Shown: positions 60,955 through 64,000 of the stretch, piece after piece
How the letters are laid out: each line of letters opens with the position of its first letter
How positions within the stretch are numbered: the stretch's first letter is position 1
Assembly (NCBI GenBank): GCA_036502245.1
Contig: DASXYX010000024.1
Location: 5,130 to 69,129, forward strand
Source of the DNA: Verrucomicrobiia bacterium
Lineage (GTDB): Bacteria; Verrucomicrobiota; Verrucomicrobiia; Limisphaerales; UBA11358
Direction: 5' to 3'
DNA length: 64,000 bases
The notes under the pieces: model-generated
Database searches by the model: none
Told to the model about the DNA's origin: nothing
The model's input: the letters and a program-made list of their open reading frames with translations, nothing else
Program-made: the position numbers and the translations under genes

Positions 60955-61209
60955 ATGCCAAGCATCACATTAAAAGACATTCCAATAGAATTGCACGCGC
61001 AATTGAAAAACGAAGCCGCCGCAAATTTCCGAAGCATTACTCAGGAAGCCATGAGTCGTCTTGAACGGACATTTCAAATCGATGCCGCGTTGAACACTAA
61101 ACGTGATCAGCGATGGGTTGACGAAGCAATCGCCAGTGGCCCTGAAACACCGTTGACCCGCAAAGAAATGGATGCCATTCGGGACCGTATTTTGAGAGGC
61201 AAAAAGTGA
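60955..61209 (+). CDS. Arc/FitA-like RHH antitoxin with ParD-like C-terminus
   Basis: MPSITLKDIP.ELH..LK..A..N.RS, EAIASGP..PLT. Confidence 0.8.
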   Translation: MPSITLKDIPIELHAQLKNEAAANFRSITQEAMSRLERTFQIDAALNTKRDQRWVDEAIASGPETPLTRKEMDAIRDRILRGKK

Positions 61210-61517
61210 ACATCGCCAAGCGTCCGCGTTTTCTGTTGGACCTGGTGGAAGAGTTGGCTTGGCTAAAAGACAATGCCGGGACGGATGTGGCTGAACGCTG
61301 GTATACTGCACTCCTTGCGACAATTCAATTCATCCATAAGAATCCTCGTGTTGGCCGCGAGCGGAAGGATTTGAAACCGACGGGTATCCGTTCGTGGCGC
61401 GTCCGTGACTTTCCACGTTGGCTCGTTTTTTACTGTGTAACAGAAAATGGAACATTAATTTTATATCGAGTCCGATCTGGAACCATGAATTTGGTGGTAA
61501 TGAAAATGGAATCTTAA
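61206..61517 (+). CDS. ParE/RelE-family toxin
   Basis: DL.E..W, VAERW, NP.VGR.R, GIRSW.V..F...LVFY; GTGA overlap. Confidence 0.85.
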   Translation: MNIAKRPRFLLDLVEELAWLKDNAGTDVAERWYTALLATIQFIHKNPRVGRERKDLKPTGIRSWRVRDFPRWLVFYCVTENGTLILYRVRSGTMNLVVMKMES

Positions 61518-61555
61518 AATCAATACCCCGATCAATTAAGCACTAAACGGTAGAT

Positions 61556-62365
61556 TTACCACTGCCCGATGGCCGCCTGCAATCGTGGCAAATCCGCGTC
61601 TCCGATCGCCGGGGCATTCGGGTCCTGTTCCCCGGTGATACCTCTCCAATGCCACAATTCCGCGTGTCCGTCCGCGAACGACATTGTTGCGCCATTGGAA
61701 TGCCGCGCCGTGGGAGAATTTTGCCAGGTGCTCGTCGCCGGATCGATTTGGATGACAAAAAAACAATCATCCACCGTGTTCAAACTCTCATCGATGAACA
61801 CCAGCGCATTGACCGGCGATGGCCCGATGATGGCCGAAGTCGTCCGTATCGGCGGATTCGTGCCGCTAAACATTTGCGATGTGTCCCAGACGGGGCCTGC
61901 CGGTGACGTGTCCCCCGGCAATGCGCCGCCCATCCGCCCACTCATAGACACCGACCGCACCAATTGATTGGCTGGCGCCCCGACAGGCGCCACGCCCATC
62001 AAAGAGGGACAAACATACACCGCCGGCGTTTTGATGTAGGGAAACAATCGTCCATTCTGGATATATGTCACATTGGTTGCCTGCTCCAATGTCTGTTCAT
62101 TGCCTGCCGTCCATGATTCAGGAGCGGAGGACCAGGGAGTCCGAATCACCCAATTTAATGCCAGCCGCTCACCATTATCGTCCGCGTAAATGACCCAACC
62201 CGCGGCCAACTGCTTCATATTATTCAGGCACTGGGTTGCCTGCCCTCGCGCTTTGGCCATGCCCAGCACCGGCAACAATAGCGCGGCCAGGATTCCGATG
62301 ATCGCGATGACCACCAGTAATTCTATCAATGTAAATCCAATGATTCTGGCGGGGCCGGTATTCAT
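61556..62365 (-). CDS. Prepilin-type / H-X9-DG family protein
   Basis: [36 protein letters not shown]. Confidence 0.9.
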   Translation of the reverse strand: MNTGPARIIGFTLIELLVVIAIIGILAALLLPVLGMAKARGQATQCLNNMKQLAAGWVIYADDNGERLALNWVIRTPWSSAPESWTAGNEQTLEQATNVTYIQNGRLFPYIKTPAVYVCPSLMGVAPVGAPANQLVRSVSMSGRMGGALPGDTSPAGPVWDTSQMFSGTNPPIRTTSAIIGPSPVNALVFIDESLNTVDDCFFVIQIDPATSTWQNSPTARHSNGATMSFADGHAELWHWRGITGEQDPNAPAIGDADLPRLQAAIGQW

Positions 62366-62440
62366 TTGACTGGTTTCATGCTACCAAATTTCAACCCGTA
62401 AAACATCGCCAATTCTGGTCGCAATACAACCATCAAAAAT

Positions 62441-62902
62441 TTAACCCTCCTGTTCCCCGCCGCGAGATTTGACCACTTCCGACAACCAATCCATCGGCGT
62501 CCCGGATCTGACTTCAGTGTGTTTTTTGAGAATTTCCTTGTCGAAGGTTGCCACAGCATATTTTTCCGCATGCGCATATGCGCATAATAACGCGTCCCCG
62601 AAATCACAATTTTTTGTGCGATAGGCCTGCAACGCCTCAAGGACCCATCCGCCATCCGCTGCACGGACATTCTCAATCGCAAATAACGAGATCAATTTTG
62701 ATGCGATCAGGGATGCCTCCAAATCATAAATGCTTTCCAGCACATATACCGTTTCCTGAATCACTGAAATAGGAACCACCAGCCGGACCTTGCCGGATTG
62801 CGCCGCCCGAAATAACTCTGTCGCCGCCGCGGACTGCGCTTTATCGTCGCCGGTCAGATAACGGACGATGACATTCGCGTCTATGGCAATGACGGCCGTC
62901 AT
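62441..62902 (-). CDS. PIN-domain (VapC-like) toxin
   Basis: AIDANVIVRYL..DD..Q, ETVYVL, DF.DALL, ATFD. Confidence 0.88.
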   Translation of the reverse strand: MTAVIAIDANVIVRYLTGDDKAQSAAATELFRAAQSGKVRLVVPISVIQETVYVLESIYDLEASLIASKLISLFAIENVRAADGGWVLEALQAYRTKNCDFGDALLCAYAHAEKYAVATFDKEILKKHTEVRSGTPMDWLSEVVKSRGGEQEG

Positions 62903-63159
62903 TTAGCCTTCCGGCCGGCCGTACCGGCCTTTGCCATTCCCCTCCGTGCGGCGGCCTTCATCTGTTTCACAGAAGCAATTTTTCCACGGCCTTTCCCAAG
63001 AGAACCGGCAAGCATATTCACGTCTTCAACTGGCTCAAAAATGAGCCGCTTCCCCTCAACGACCTGGTTCACCCGTTGTCCGGGCCGCAGCCCCAGCATC
63101 CGGATGGCTTCAGCGGAAATCGTAGTCTGGTATGCTTTGGAAATCTTTGTCTGCGTCAT
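62899..63159 (-). CDS. AbrB/MazE/SpoVT-family antitoxin
   Basis: TKISKAYQTTI...IR.LGLRPG..V, L.GSL; overlaps the PIN gene. Confidence 0.82.
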   Translation of the reverse strand: MTQTKISKAYQTTISAEAIRMLGLRPGQRVNQVVEGKRLIFEPVEDVNMLAGSLGKGRGKIASVKQMKAAARRGMAKAGTAGRKAK

Positions 63160-63309
63160 ATACCATAGGTAACACCCATAAACATTTGGTGTCAAACATA
63201 AACCTTTTATACAGTTTAAAAACCTTTTTTATACCTCTACCTGCTGGCGCACAGGCGTGATGCTCATCGACCGACCGCCATCGGGCGTAAAGAGTTCAGC
63301 ACGGTATCG

Positions 63310-64000
63310 TTATGCGTTGTGATAATAAATGTCCCAGCCAAGATATTTGCTGAGTGCTTCTTTGACACCATCGGCAACCCGCGATGGGTTGACCGCCACG
63401 TGATGTTCGAAGCCGTTCTCGCAGATGTGGCGAAGGAGTTTCTGGAAATTGGGGATCTTCACCACGCCATAGCCGCCAAAGGTTTTGAGCGGGTCTTCAG
63501 TCAGTTCGCCCTCGCCGACGTAGGCCACGATTTTGCCGGTGTAATCATCCGTGCTGCAGCGCAGGTAGGTGAAGCCGCCTTTTTTGACGCGACCCACGAT
63601 GGTGCCGTAGGTGTTTTCCTTGCCGACAGTGCCCGCGATGATCTCCTGGTAGTCCATGACGGGCGCGCCTTCGCCCTTTTCCTCAAAGAGATCCTTGGGC
63701 AGGTTGCTGCAATGGAAGATGATGCCTTTGTCCGGGTCTTCGCCATAGTTGTTGTTCCAATCCACGAGCGCGCTGGGTTTGCCACTGGCCTGGGCCATGG
63801 CGTACATGGCCACGGTGCCCATGATGTCCACTTCGCAGGCGCTGCTCATGAGCATATTGCTCATCATGCTCATCAGGGTGCAGGGCACGACGCCGAAGAA
63901 TTCTTCCATCGCCGTCCAGCACTGGATAGCCGTGGCGTTGAGGCGGGTCTCTTTCATCCATTTATCCACAGCCACGCCGAACTTGGCCATCTTCAACAAG
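63310..64000 (-). CDS. L-fucose/L-arabinose isomerase-family protein (C-terminal part)
   Basis: AIQCW, PC..MS, ACEVD..G, FHCSN, NGFEHH; start lies outside the window. Confidence 0.85.
   Translation of the reverse strand, partial: LLKMAKFGVAVDKWMKETRLNATAIQCWTAMEEFFGVVPCTLMSMMSNMLMSSACEVDIMGTVAMYAMAQASGKPSALVDWNNNYGEDPDKGIIFHCSNLPKDLFEEKGEGAPVMDYQEIIAGTVGKENTYGTIVGRVKKGGFTYLRCSTDDYTGKIVAYVGEGELTEDPLKTFGGYGVVKIPNFQKLLRHICENGFEHHVAVNPSRVADGVKEALSKYLGWDIYYHNA

Noticed and set aside
39555..63200. Integron cassette array or prophage
   Set aside because: No tyrosine integrase or phage structural genes; no convincing attC sites; genes appear to have their own promoters
1..64000. tRNA, rRNA or riboswitch genes
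   Set aside because: No cloverleaf or rRNA-like segment recognised by eye; a covariance-model scan (tRNAscan-SE/Infernal) would be needed to exclude them fully

Overview
A GC-rich bacterial chromosomal window, most likely from Verrucomicrobiota. This is inferred from a PVC-type small basic protein at 20579-20734, several prepilin/H-X9-DG proteins and TIGR03435-like domains. The first ~39 kb is mostly housekeeping (nfeD-slipin, trpE, hisI, eda, two-component genes, smc, rluB, folD, lolCE/lolD, purB, xth, UvrD-like helicase, DsbD/redoxin, RluA), with intergenic spaces full of palindromic REP-like repeats. One locus has a stand-alone HUH/Y1 TnpA embedded in four related repeat units. From ~39.5 to 63 kb lies an accessory region with five toxin-antitoxin pairs, five prepilin-like genes and seven ECF sigma factors, each fused through a transmembrane helix to a variable extracytoplasmic domain. 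The most striking signal is at the DNA level in the ECF genes. They share a TGTC-N16-CGGMMA-like upstream motif, positioned in five of them for leaderless transcription. They also carry two conserved in-frame internal initiation contexts: AGGAGG-5nt-ATG between sigma2 and sigma4, and AAAGGAR-11nt-ATG in a TTATG context just before the TM helix. These suggest nested translation of several isoforms and modular shuffling of sensor domains. All family assignments come from reading motifs by eye; no database search was run. No rRNA, tRNA or CRISPR array was seen.
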